A stretch of 64,000 nucleotides of DNA from Promethearchaeota archaeon (lineage in GTDB: Archaea > Asgardarchaeota > Lokiarchaeia > Sigyniarchaeales > SOKP01). Below the pieces are notes generated by a model, which was not told the DNA's origin, did not search any database, and saw only the letters and a program-made list of their open reading frames with translations. Positions 10,149 to 19,453 of this stretch are shown here, in pieces (the first letter of the stretch is position 1; the number at the start of each line of letters is the position of its first letter). The stretch spans positions 14,051 to 78,050 of the forward strand of contig JAEOSU010000070.1 in assembly GCA_016840165.1 (NCBI GenBank). The letters are read 5' to 3'. A program made the translations under genes and the position numbers.

Positions 10149-11552
10149 ATGCCAAAAAACTCGAAGAATTCTACTCAAACTGATAGCAAAGATAAGATAA
10201 TCGAAAGTAAATCTGAAGGTAGTGTAAACATTCAATATGAAGCATTTAGGAAAATGATAACTCATACTCTCCGATTTGCTAATGAATCAAAGGAGGAAGA
10301 TCAACAAGTATTAGGTTTGTGCATTGGTGAGTATTTCAAAGAAAATAAAAATTATATTGTTAAGGATGTTATTCCGATTTGTCATGGTGATGCTGTTGAA
10401 CTTGGATTTTCTAAAGAGATTCATGAGACTATCGAAGAAATTAAATCCCAATATTCTGAATCTATTAATTCTATAATTGGTTGGTATCACTCCCATCTGG
10501 GATACGGACTATATTTTTCAAATTCGGATAAAGTGAATAACCTCAATTTCCAAAACTCAGAAAACATTTATGGATTTGGAATTGTTATAGAACAAACATT
10601 ACTTAATGAGGATCAGAGTTTTGGAGTAGCAGTATTTCGGCTTAAAGACTTTAATAAAGGTTCTGAAAATGACTATATTAAGGTAGAATTTAATATAGAA
10701 CCCCCAAATTCCATGGAATTTTTTAAGTGGGTAAAACAATTAGTTGAATCAACTCAAAGCAAAAGTTCTCAGATCATTTATGAATTTAATGAAGTACAAA
10801 AACCATCTCCCGAAAATCTTCAAAAAATTCCTACACTCCCACAAGAAGAGACGGAATCTGAAGTAAAAGAAGAACTTTCTTTGCTCTATGGAGTTGATGA
10901 GGGTATGGAAAAATTAAAAGATTCTTTTCTCAAATTATATGAAATACAGTTGACTTCATGGATGAGTGATGTTTCTAATGGGGTTTTAATTGGTTCTGAA
11001 TATATTAGGAGCTCTATTAACAATATCAAAACAACTTTAACTTCAGGACTGGAAGATGCTCAACGGATATTTGATAAAAGTTTTTCTGATATTTCGAATC
11101 TTTTCATGAAGAATATACGAGGAAGCGTCGATATACGGTTAGAAAATCAAATTGAATTGAAAGAGAATATTAAAGCAATTAATGAGGAACAATTAAATAA
11201 CTTATTCGCTCGTTTAGAAAAGGAAATACGCGATGTGACGAATAATTTCGAGGAAAAAATAACAAATATTAAAAAAGAATTGGAAAAGATTGCTCTAAAT
11301 AATAATTCTATTCAACAATCTTTAATTCAAACAAATGATATATTAAGTACCGTTTATGAAGAGACCGATAAATTATCAGATAACATCATCCAACATATAG
11401 AAAATTCAAGTAAATCATTCGAATCAAAGTTATTGAATGAATTAGAAGATTTCTCTAGAAATATAACTCCAAATAAAGAAATTTACACTGAAATAGAAGA
11501 CCTAATCGAGAGATTACAACGAGTGATTTCTGATTTACGCCAAGTAAAATAA
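10149..11552 (+). CDS. MPN domain protein (catalytic Glu position is Gln) with long helical C-terminus
   Basis: KMITH..QQVLGLCIG..IGWYHSHLGYGLYFSNSD; starts 6 nt after the upstream paralog, with a GGAGG SD. Confidence 0.8.
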   Translation: MPKNSKNSTQTDSKDKIIESKSEGSVNIQYEAFRKMITHTLRFANESKEEDQQVLGLCIGEYFKENKNYIVKDVIPICHGDAVELGFSKEIHETIEEIKSQYSESINSIIGWYHSHLGYGLYFSNSDKVNNLNFQNSENIYGFGIVIEQTLLNEDQSFGVAVFRLKDFNKGSENDYIKVEFNIEPPNSMEFFKWVKQLVESTQSKSSQIIYEFNEVQKPSPENLQKIPTLPQEETESEVKEELSLLYGVDEGMEKLKDSFLKLYEIQLTSWMSDVSNGVLIGSEYIRSSINNIKTTLTSGLEDAQRIFDKSFSDISNLFMKNIRGSVDIRLENQIELKENIKAINEEQLNNLFARLEKEIRDVTNNFEEKITNIKKELEKIALNNNSIQQSLIQTNDILSTVYEETDKLSDNIIQHIENSSKSFESKLLNELEDFSRNITPNKEIYTEIEDLIERLQRVISDLRQVK

Positions 11553-11565
11553 CGAAAGCTTATTT

Positions 11566-11880
11566 TTAAAAAAATTCAAGATTAGAAACCATAGAGATAT
11601 GGAGTTTATATTTAGGAATATTGGTTTTGAGTCGTTTCAATTGATTTCTTTTCGCTATATTGCTTAATATTCTTCCGATTTTATCGACTCTAATGTTAAT
11701 CCCAAAATTTTCTTTCAAGACAGAATTAATTTTATAAGAAGAGAGAATCACTACATTGGAGACATTTTTTTCACATAACATCTCAATAGCTTGTTTAACT
11801 AAAGATATTAATTTATCTATATCTTGTTTGCTATTCATACTTATATAATGATTATATTTGAAACTTTTTAAAGCTTTCAA
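11566..11880 (-). CDS. Small basic winged-helix-like protein (likely start at the internal MNSKQ)
   Basis: LSSYKINSVLKENFGINIRVDKIGRILSNIAK is HTH-like; Lys/Arg rich. Confidence 0.5.
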   Translation of the reverse strand: MKALKSFKYNHYISMNSKQDIDKLISLVKQAIEMLCEKNVSNVVILSSYKINSVLKENFGINIRVDKIGRILSNIAKRNQLKRLKTNIPKYKLHISMVSNLEFF

Positions 11881-11975
11881 CGAGTAAAGAGAATGTTGTT
11901 AAGATTTATTTAAGAAAAAAATTTTATATACTAAGTCAATACATTGATTATAATTAGTTTAAATGGATTAAATAA

Positions 11976-14294
11976 ATGAAAAAGTTAAACCTTTTATCAA
12001 AATTTAAAAATTCTTTAAAACCTCTTTTTAGAAAAATCATATTTAAAGAGATCTATGTTGAGGGAAAAGAGCCACCTAAATCATTTGCTTTTGAAAAAGA
12101 ATTTTTAGGCATCTATTGCATATTTTTATTCTATTCTTTCATTTTATTACTTGGAATTAATTTTCCTGATAACTTATTTATTTATTTAATAACATTTGGG
12201 AATCCATTTGCTTTTGGAAATGCAATTGTAGCACTTTTTTTATGCCTTTCTTTATTATTTAGTAACGATAAAATAAGACTCTTCATTTTCGAAGGTCACA
12301 CCGTATTAAAGCAAGTAATTTTATATGTCGGTATCACCACTGTTTTTTATTTTGTATTTTTAAGTCTTTCCAGCCTCAATATTATGAGTTATCTTCTTTG
12401 TTTAGCAACATTCTGGCTTATATTATTAAGTACAAGATTTTTTATGTATTCTCGAAAATTTGCTACCAAAATTGAAGCTCAAGCTATAGAAAAGTATTCA
12501 TCATTACGGCGAGCAGGGGCTTTTATCACCCCTTATTTTATTTTAGGCGTTTTAGTGGCATTAGCATTGATATATCGGAGTTTTTTAGTCTTTATATCGT
12601 TAGATCTATTTGCTTTATCTGATCCAGTCAGTGCGGTAAATATTTATATTATTGAAATGCGTTTAATAATGCCTTTAATCTACTTTAGCCTAATACTCAC
12701 TTTACTCTTCATTATATTTGAATTTGTATTCACAAGAAAGAAAGCAGAAACAAAACGAGCGGGATTATATGATAACTTTACCTTTTCCCTCATTGTGTTA
12801 TTTATCTTTTTCTTTCAGATCCTTCAAGTGACTATATTTTTATTTTTAAGCTCTGAAACCGTATCTGCTCTAAAAACTACAGTTGGTACAACAAGCTCAC
12901 CTATATCGTATATTTTTATATTTGAATTTTTAATTTCTATGTTTTTTCTCTACCGCATTATTAAAAAGTTTGGACGATCAATTGGATGGCAACTATTATT
13001 CTTTAAGAGAGATGGATTGGTTCTTTTGATATTAGGTTGTGTATTTGCCCAAACGCTGAGCCGATTTTCTTTACAAACACAGATTCCAAATCAATCAATA
13101 ACCATTTTGGGGAATTTCTTTATGGCAGATAAATATGTTGTTTCTATAATTATGATCATCTTTCTTGGATTGACCCTACTAATTTACTATCTTAAACCTC
13201 ATGAAACCTCAATGTTTATTCGATTACAAAAGGAAACGGTGGATAAAAAAGAAGAAAGCATGGATATAATCTATAAATTAATTAAAAGTGAGTATATTCG
13301 ACGTGGAGATGCATATCCAATTGAAATTTTGGAAAGAGAATTGATTAAAGCGACTAAGTTACCGAAAAATGAGGTATATTCCTTACTGGATAAACTCTCA
13401 GATGAAAGCATTGATATTGTTTTAACCGAAAAGAAAAATGATTATGGTATAAAACAGAAATTCATTGATTTTACATCAGTAACCGAGAAATTTGACAGCA
13501 AAACTGTTGCAGAAAGAAAAGCGAAGAATTTTTTATCTCAACGATTATATAAAACAATTTCGAGCAAAAAAACTAAAGATTTGAAACTAAGTAGCAACAT
13601 TAAATCGGAAAAAGCATCTGATCAATTTTTGAGCTCCTTAGCAACGGATATATCAAAAAAACATAGAGATGAGCAAAAAATCAAATTAAAACAAAACAAT
13701 ACAGAAATCTCATTTATTAGAAAGGAGGTCCCTGAGTCATTAAAGCATTCAATATTAACTATACTTAAAAAGGAGTATATCTATCGTATTGAAAATAAAG
13801 AGAAATATCCTGATTTTACTTATCCCATATCAGAAATCGCCTCTACAGTCCAATTGGAAACAAGAATTAATCCAGGAGAATTATATCCTATCTTGGAAAC
13901 CCTTAATCAAACTGATATAGAATTAAGATTACTAGATAATCCCAATGAACCAGAAGATAAAATAATTGACTTTTATCCTATAGATGATGATTTAAATTAT
14001 ACTTTGTCAAGTTTTAGACCCAACCAATATTCTAAGATTAAGATAGAATTTATGAATAATTTTATTAAACATTTAAAACGCAAACGTGTTAAAGCAACTC
14101 TCTCTAAGATAAAGAAGAATATATCAAATGAAAATGAGGAACAGAAATACTGGAATAAACTTTATCAAATTTTAATTAATTATTTTCCGAATTTCGAGGA
14201 AGTTCTCCAAAAAGAGAGAGAGGGTGGAGATATATCAAAAGTTCTTAAAATATTCCCTCTCAAAGATATTGATGTATTCAATATTGAATCCTAA
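11976..14294 (+). CDS. Polytopic membrane protein with C-terminal tandem winged-helix-like repeats
   Basis: About 10-11 hydrophobic segments in the first ~410 aa, then two repeats of the form xKxEYIxR..YPI..E.Y..L..L...IDF. Confidence 0.65.
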   Translation: MKKLNLLSKFKNSLKPLFRKIIFKEIYVEGKEPPKSFAFEKEFLGIYCIFLFYSFILLLGINFPDNLFIYLITFGNPFAFGNAIVALFLCLSLLFSNDKIRLFIFEGHTVLKQVILYVGITTVFYFVFLSLSSLNIMSYLLCLATFWLILLSTRFFMYSRKFATKIEAQAIEKYSSLRRAGAFITPYFILGVLVALALIYRSFLVFISLDLFALSDPVSAVNIYIIEMRLIMPLIYFSLILTLLFIIFEFVFTRKKAETKRAGLYDNFTFSLIVLFIFFFQILQVTIFLFLSSETVSALKTTVGTTSSPISYIFIFEFLISMFFLYRIIKKFGRSIGWQLLFFKRDGLVLLILGCVFAQTLSRFSLQTQIPNQSITILGNFFMADKYVVSIIMIIFLGLTLLIYYLKPHETSMFIRLQKETVDKKEESMDIIYKLIKSEYIRRGDAYPIEILERELIKATKLPKNEVYSLLDKLSDESIDIVLTEKKNDYGIKQKFIDFTSVTEKFDSKTVAERKAKNFLSQRLYKTISSKKTKDLKLSSNIKSEKASDQFLSSLATDISKKHRDEQKIKLKQNNTEISFIRKEVPESLKHSILTILKKEYIYRIENKEKYPDFTYPISEIASTVQLETRINPGELYPILETLNQTDIELRLLDNPNEPEDKIIDFYPIDDDLNYTLSSFRPNQYSKIKIEFMNNFIKHLKRKRVKATLSKIKKNISNENEEQKYWNKLYQILINYFPNFEEVLQKEREGGDISKVLKIFPLKDIDVFNIES

Positions 14295-14400
14295 TTTTAT
14301 ACTTTCCCCTAATTATTTTTTTAAAAGAAAAATTCAAGTAAGAAAAATTATTTATCTGAATCAATCATACCGATTTAAATCATAGTAGTTCGTGGAATAA

Positions 14401-15678
14401 TTGGTTCAAAAGCAATTACTTAAGGTATTTACTGGTATCTCTTCGTTTCAATTCCTAGCTATGTTTAGAAGAGGGATGTTTTACACGTATCTGTCAATTT
14501 ATTTGAGAGATTTTTTAAAGTTATCCGTTACGGAAACTACATTATATGCAACCATCCCAATGATCTTTTCAGTCATCTTTCAGAATTTTGTCTGGGGTCC
14601 TTTAAGTGATCGATGGCAAAAACGCAGGACACTCATAATATTAGGAGAGATACTAGCCGGATTCGGAACCATTTTAGTGTGGCTAATACATTCCTTATTT
14701 TCTGTTTTTTTAATAGCGGGATATATAATAATTATAGGACTTGCTTGTATTGAGATTTTTTGGAGTATGTCGAATATAGGCTGGAGTGCTTTAATAAGTG
14801 ATCTCTACCCTTTAAAAGAAAGAAGTAGAGTAATGGGGGATTTAACTAGTATTGGGGGAATAGGCCGGATAATAGGAATCACTATTGGTGGTTATTTGTA
14901 TGATAATGGCTTTGGATTCCGAAATGGTACACTTTTTTTTATCGCTTCGATAGTTATGTTCTTATCGACTATTCCAATGGTCTTTACTCCAGAAGGAGGA
15001 ATTAAAATAACTCGAGATTCTATTATTGAACCAGAGAATACAAATTATAATCAAAATAATTATAAAACTATTTTTATAATCTTTATTATTGCATTAGTCT
15101 TCGTTAATTTCGGTCGAAATTCGATTTCAACGATATATAGCCAATATCTAATCTTAGATGAGGGATTTAATGTCGATAGTATATTATTGAGTTACATTGC
15201 TAATTTTCGTTCAATTGCGGTGTTATTCATTGGCGTAATTGCCGGTAGAATAAGTAAAAAATTTGGGGATTCCAAAATCTTTATTATCGGAGTAATTTTT
15301 GCAATAATTGCCCTTCTAATAACAGGATTAACAGATGAATTATTATTTATCTTCATTGGGAGTTTCCTCATCGGAACTACTGATGTTATCATATCTGCAT
15401 CATCTTATACGATCGCTTCTGATCTCATTCCACCAAAAATACGAGCTAAACTGTTTGGAGTATATAACACTACTTTTTTTCTTTCTTGGGGCCTCGCTAC
15501 TACTTTAGTTTCTGGTCCACTTATTGATCTATTGATTAACGGAGGAATTAATGAGGTTATTGCCTATCAAACTGCCTTTATCGTAGCCGCTTTAATAACT
15601 TCAATAGGTTTTTTAATTTTTATTATATTAACGATTCTACTTTACGTTAAAAAGAAAAAAGAAAGAACCAATACTTGA
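14401..15678 (+). CDS. MFS transporter
   Basis: Motif A-like WGPLSDRWQKRR and GRISKKFG; about 12 TM segments. Confidence 0.9.
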   Translation: MVQKQLLKVFTGISSFQFLAMFRRGMFYTYLSIYLRDFLKLSVTETTLYATIPMIFSVIFQNFVWGPLSDRWQKRRTLIILGEILAGFGTILVWLIHSLFSVFLIAGYIIIIGLACIEIFWSMSNIGWSALISDLYPLKERSRVMGDLTSIGGIGRIIGITIGGYLYDNGFGFRNGTLFFIASIVMFLSTIPMVFTPEGGIKITRDSIIEPENTNYNQNNYKTIFIIFIIALVFVNFGRNSISTIYSQYLILDEGFNVDSILLSYIANFRSIAVLFIGVIAGRISKKFGDSKIFIIGVIFAIIALLITGLTDELLFIFIGSFLIGTTDVIISASSYTIASDLIPPKIRAKLFGVYNTTFFLSWGLATTLVSGPLIDLLINGGINEVIAYQTAFIVAALITSIGFLIFIILTILLYVKKKKERTNT

Positions 15679-15715
15679 TTTCTACAACCTTTTAAAAAAG
15701 AGTAAAAAAAATTAA

Positions 15716-15889
15716 TTATTTACAACAATCTTCACATACAAATTCATCTAATGAAATATAACCGCATTGTCCACCCATATAACACTCTAATTGATTAGTT
15801 TCTTCGTTATATACCATACTATATCCACATTGCACAGGTAAGGTTTCAATAACTTTGCCACATTTCGTACAAACCAGTTTTTTCACCAC
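15716..15889 (-). CDS. Small Cys-rich metal-binding protein (57 aa), homologous to the CopA C-terminal module
   Basis: Not in the ORF track. GGAGGTGA SD then GTG; MVKKLVCTKCGKVIETLPVQCGYSMVYNEETNQLECYMGGQCGYISLDEFVCEDCCK (8 Cys). Confidence 0.75.
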   Translation of the reverse strand: MVKKLVCTKCGKVIETLPVQCGYSMVYNEETNQLECYMGGQCGYISLDEFVCEDCCK

Positions 15890-15906
15890 CTTTCACCTCC
15901 ATATCT

Positions 15907-18888
15907 TTATTCTATAACTATCATAGATTTTCCATGGTGTTTTGGAATGGACTCAGCCCCACAGGAAGCACCCATCCAGCAAACCAGTTGATCGCCTTCT
16001 TGGTGCATTGGCTTACCACAATGTGAAGGTATCTCTTGTTCATAATCACATTCTTGACATTTTAATTTTCCCATAACTTTATCACTCTTACTTTTTTCAT
16101 TATTTTTAATAAATTTTTCAGGATTGTTTTTAAATTCAGTTCGACAAGATTCACTACAGAAATAGTATTCCTTCCCTTCATATTCATAAGATACCCAATC
16201 TTCTGGATTCCCTTTCATACCACAAACCGGATCAATAACTTCTTCAGATTCTTCCCTTTTCATCATTAATTTAGGATTCATATTATCATAATTTTTAAAT
16301 TTATCTGGATTTCGTTTGAAATGAGCTTCACAGTTAGGATTGCAAAAATGAAATAATTTATCTTCATACACATATTCAATTGCCCTTCTTGGATCGATTT
16401 CCATACCACAAACTGGGTCTATCACTTTCTCTTGAGAAAGTAGTATTCGTTCCTCTTCTACTTGAAGGGGCGTTTTTGGTTCATAGCGTTTCAGAAATAG
16501 GGCGTTAGTCACCACGGATACAGAACTAGAAGCCATGAATACTGCTGCTAAGTATGGTGGTAAAAAGAATCCTGTAATGTAATATAAAATCCCAGCCGCA
16601 ATTGGAATACCGATAAGATTGTAAATAAAAGCCCAGAATAAATTAGTCAACATTTTTTTATAGGTTTTTTTCGATAGATTAATTGCAGCAACGACGTTCC
16701 GTAGATCACCTCGCATTAATACAATATCTGCCGTCTCTATGGCAATATCAGTACCCGAACCAATTGCAATCCCAACATCAGCTTGAGCTAATGCGGGAGC
16801 ATCATTTATTCCATCACCTACCATTGCTACTGTAGCTTTTTTATTTTTCTGTAATTTTTTAATAGTCTCAGCTTTTTCATTTGGGAGAACTTCCGCTAAT
16901 ATCTTATCCTCTTCAATTCCTAGCTTCTTTCCGATGTTCAATCCAGTTTTCTTATTATCACCGGTTATCATATAGATCTTAAGACCTTCTTCTCGCAATT
17001 TCTCCATAGTATAATATGCTTGGTCTTTAATTTTATCCGAAATGCCGATAATTCCTCGTAATTTGTTATCTACACTAACTAATATTGAGGTAACTCCCTC
17101 TTCTTGAAATTCCGCTAATTTAGGTAAGTATTCACTAATTTCAATATTATTATCTTGTATCAGTTTTTCATTACCAATAATTATAACTTCATCACTGATT
17201 TTTGCGATGATCCCTTTTCCCGGTTTTGCGTCAAATTCTTTTGGAGATTCTAATAACAATCCTCTTTGATTCGCCTCTTCAATTATAGCGCGTGCTAATG
17301 GATGCTCTGAACCCATTTCAGCACTTCCAGCAGCGATTAATAACTTTCCTTCGTCAAAACCTTCTTTATTTAGTTCCTTTTCAGTGAAAATCTTTGAAAC
17401 TCTTGGTTTTCCTACTGTCAAAGTTCCAGTTTTATCAAATACTATTGTATTTACCGAATTTATAGCTTCTAATGAGTCGCCACCTTTCAGTAATATTCCA
17501 TTCTCTGCTCCTTTTCCAGTTCCCACCATAATAGCAGTGGGTATTGCTAATCCCAGAGCACATGGGCATGAGATCACAACAATAGAAGTAAATACTTGTA
17601 AAGACATCTCTAAACCGATATTTGCAATGAAAAACCAATATAAAAAGGCAATAATGGCAATTAATACTACAATAGGAACAAAATAATTGCTCACTTTATC
17701 AGCAAGCTTTTGTTTGGCGGCTTTTTTACTTTGTGCTTCTTTCACAAAGTCTATAATCTGAAATAGTAAAGTATCCTTTCCAACTCGCTCTGATTTCACT
17801 TGTAATAATCCTGTTTGATTAACTGTTGCACCAATTACTTCACTATCAACTTCTTTCTTAATATATTTACTTTCCCCAGTAATCATTGACTCATCAACTT
17901 TAGTTTTTCCTTTAATCACTCTACCATCAACAGGTATTTTTTCACCTGGTCTTACAACAAGAATATCTCCAACTTCAATTTCTTCGATGGGGATCTCTAT
18001 TTCTTTTCCATCCTTTAGGAGTGTTGCAGTTTTTGGCTGGAGACCAATAAGTTTCTTTAAAGCTTCAGAAGTTTGGCCTTTAGTCTTATGTTCAAAGTAT
18101 TTTCCGATTAAGAGGAATGACAAAATCATAGACATTGCTTCGTAGAATGTTTTTCCATCAATAAAAAACGTAGTTAAAATAGAATAAACTAAAGCAGTAG
18201 TTGTACCTAGGGCGACTAAGACATCCATATTTGTAGATTTGTTTCTTAATGATTTATATGCTCCGATAAGGAAGAAGGATCCCGCAACACCATAATTCCC
18301 AATAGCCAAGAAAAAGAGGAGTAAATTTCTAATAAAAGACTCAGCTACAAACCAACTAATTGGTGTAATAACAAGTGTAAATGCTAATGATATGAATAAG
18401 ATTCGAAGTCGATAATTCATTTCTTTTTTATGCTTTTCAATTTCCTTATCAATCGCACCAGCAGCTTTTTCAATGTCATATCCTAATTTTTTAATGTGTG
18501 TATAAACTTTGATCTCATCAATTTTTAATTCATTGAATTCGATAAATAACTTAGAAGCTGCGAAATTACCACGAACACTGTGTATCCCTTCAATAGACTT
18601 CACTTTTCCAACTAATGAATTAAAATTATCCTCGGTGAGTATGTCATTTACTTTAATATCTACTTTAGCTAGAGTAGATTTATATCCTAAATCTTTTATA
18701 GCCTTGTTAAACTCGTCATAGTTGGTTACATCCGAATTATATTCCACTGTAGCCTCTTCATTTGCGAAATTTACCACTGAACTGGAGACTCCTGGCATAT
18801 CCTTCAGTTTTGTCTCTATTTTTAGCGCACATGATGCACATGTCATGCCGCCTAGCTTAATTTTTATTTTTTCTTCCGTTGATTCCAC
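15907..18888 (-). CDS. copA: Cu(I)-translocating P1B-type ATPase with HMA, two YHS domains and a C-terminal Cys/His module
   Basis: [36 protein letters not shown] and MxxSS motifs; two DPVCGM...FC YHS repeats. Confidence 0.95.
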   Translation of the reverse strand: MESTEEKIKIKLGGMTCASCALKIETKLKDMPGVSSSVVNFANEEATVEYNSDVTNYDEFNKAIKDLGYKSTLAKVDIKVNDILTEDNFNSLVGKVKSIEGIHSVRGNFAASKLFIEFNELKIDEIKVYTHIKKLGYDIEKAAGAIDKEIEKHKKEMNYRLRILFISLAFTLVITPISWFVAESFIRNLLLFFLAIGNYGVAGSFFLIGAYKSLRNKSTNMDVLVALGTTTALVYSILTTFFIDGKTFYEAMSMILSFLLIGKYFEHKTKGQTSEALKKLIGLQPKTATLLKDGKEIEIPIEEIEVGDILVVRPGEKIPVDGRVIKGKTKVDESMITGESKYIKKEVDSEVIGATVNQTGLLQVKSERVGKDTLLFQIIDFVKEAQSKKAAKQKLADKVSNYFVPIVVLIAIIAFLYWFFIANIGLEMSLQVFTSIVVISCPCALGLAIPTAIMVGTGKGAENGILLKGGDSLEAINSVNTIVFDKTGTLTVGKPRVSKIFTEKELNKEGFDEGKLLIAAGSAEMGSEHPLARAIIEEANQRGLLLESPKEFDAKPGKGIIAKISDEVIIIGNEKLIQDNNIEISEYLPKLAEFQEEGVTSILVSVDNKLRGIIGISDKIKDQAYYTMEKLREEGLKIYMITGDNKKTGLNIGKKLGIEEDKILAEVLPNEKAETIKKLQKNKKATVAMVGDGINDAPALAQADVGIAIGSGTDIAIETADIVLMRGDLRNVVAAINLSKKTYKKMLTNLFWAFIYNLIGIPIAAGILYYITGFFLPPYLAAVFMASSSVSVVTNALFLKRYEPKTPLQVEEERILLSQEKVIDPVCGMEIDPRRAIEYVYEDKLFHFCNPNCEAHFKRNPDKFKNYDNMNPKLMMKREESEEVIDPVCGMKGNPEDWVSYEYEGKEYYFCSESCRTEFKNNPEKFIKNNEKSKSDKVMGKLKCQECDYEQEIPSHCGKPMHQEGDQLVCWMGASCGAESIPKHHGKSMIVIE

Positions 18889-19049
18889 ATATATTCACCT
18901 TTCATCAAATAATCCTATTATAGTAATAGAAAATGATGTAGAAATAGCTACTGATTATAATTTGAAATGATCAAAAGTTTTTTTCGATTATAAGGTTTAA
19001 ATTTTGATGCTATAATCTATAAATTATTAATGATTCTAAGGGATTCATT

Positions 19050-19436
19050 TTATTGAGGTTCTTTTTTTGAGTAATATTTTTCAATAGCATCGTGGAGAGC
19101 ATCAGCTGCCAAATTGCTACAATGGAGTTTTTGGGGTGGTAACCCACCTAAAGAATTAGCAATATCGTCCCTAGTTATTGTTTTGGCCTCCTCTAAAGTT
19201 TTACCTTTAGCTAATTCTGTAATCATCGATGAGGTCGCAATTGCAGCTGCGCACCCGAATGTCTGGAACGATATATCGTTAATGATATCCTTTCCATTCC
19301 TTCTATCCACTTTAATATAGATAAACATGAGATCCCCGCAAATGGGGTTTCCATATTCGCCACATGCATCTGCATCCTTCATCTCTCCCATATTACGGGG
19401 GTTTTTGAAATGATCGAGCACTTTATCGGAGTACAT
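19050..19436 (-). CDS. iscU: Fe-S cluster scaffold IscU/NifU-N (MisU)
   Basis: YSDKVLDHFKNPRNMG, CGD, FGCAAAIA, LPPQKLHCS. Confidence 0.95.
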   Translation of the reverse strand: MYSDKVLDHFKNPRNMGEMKDADACGEYGNPICGDLMFIYIKVDRRNGKDIINDISFQTFGCAAAIATSSMITELAKGKTLEEAKTITRDDIANSLGGLPPQKLHCSNLAADALHDAIEKYYSKKEPQ

Positions 19437-19453
19437 TATCTTTGTAATTTTAT

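Noticed and set aside
18915-18929. CTATTA-TAG-TAATAG inverted repeat upstream of copA as a copper operator
   Set aside because: Only 6-bp AT-rich arms, expected by chance here, and no copper regulator is nearby.
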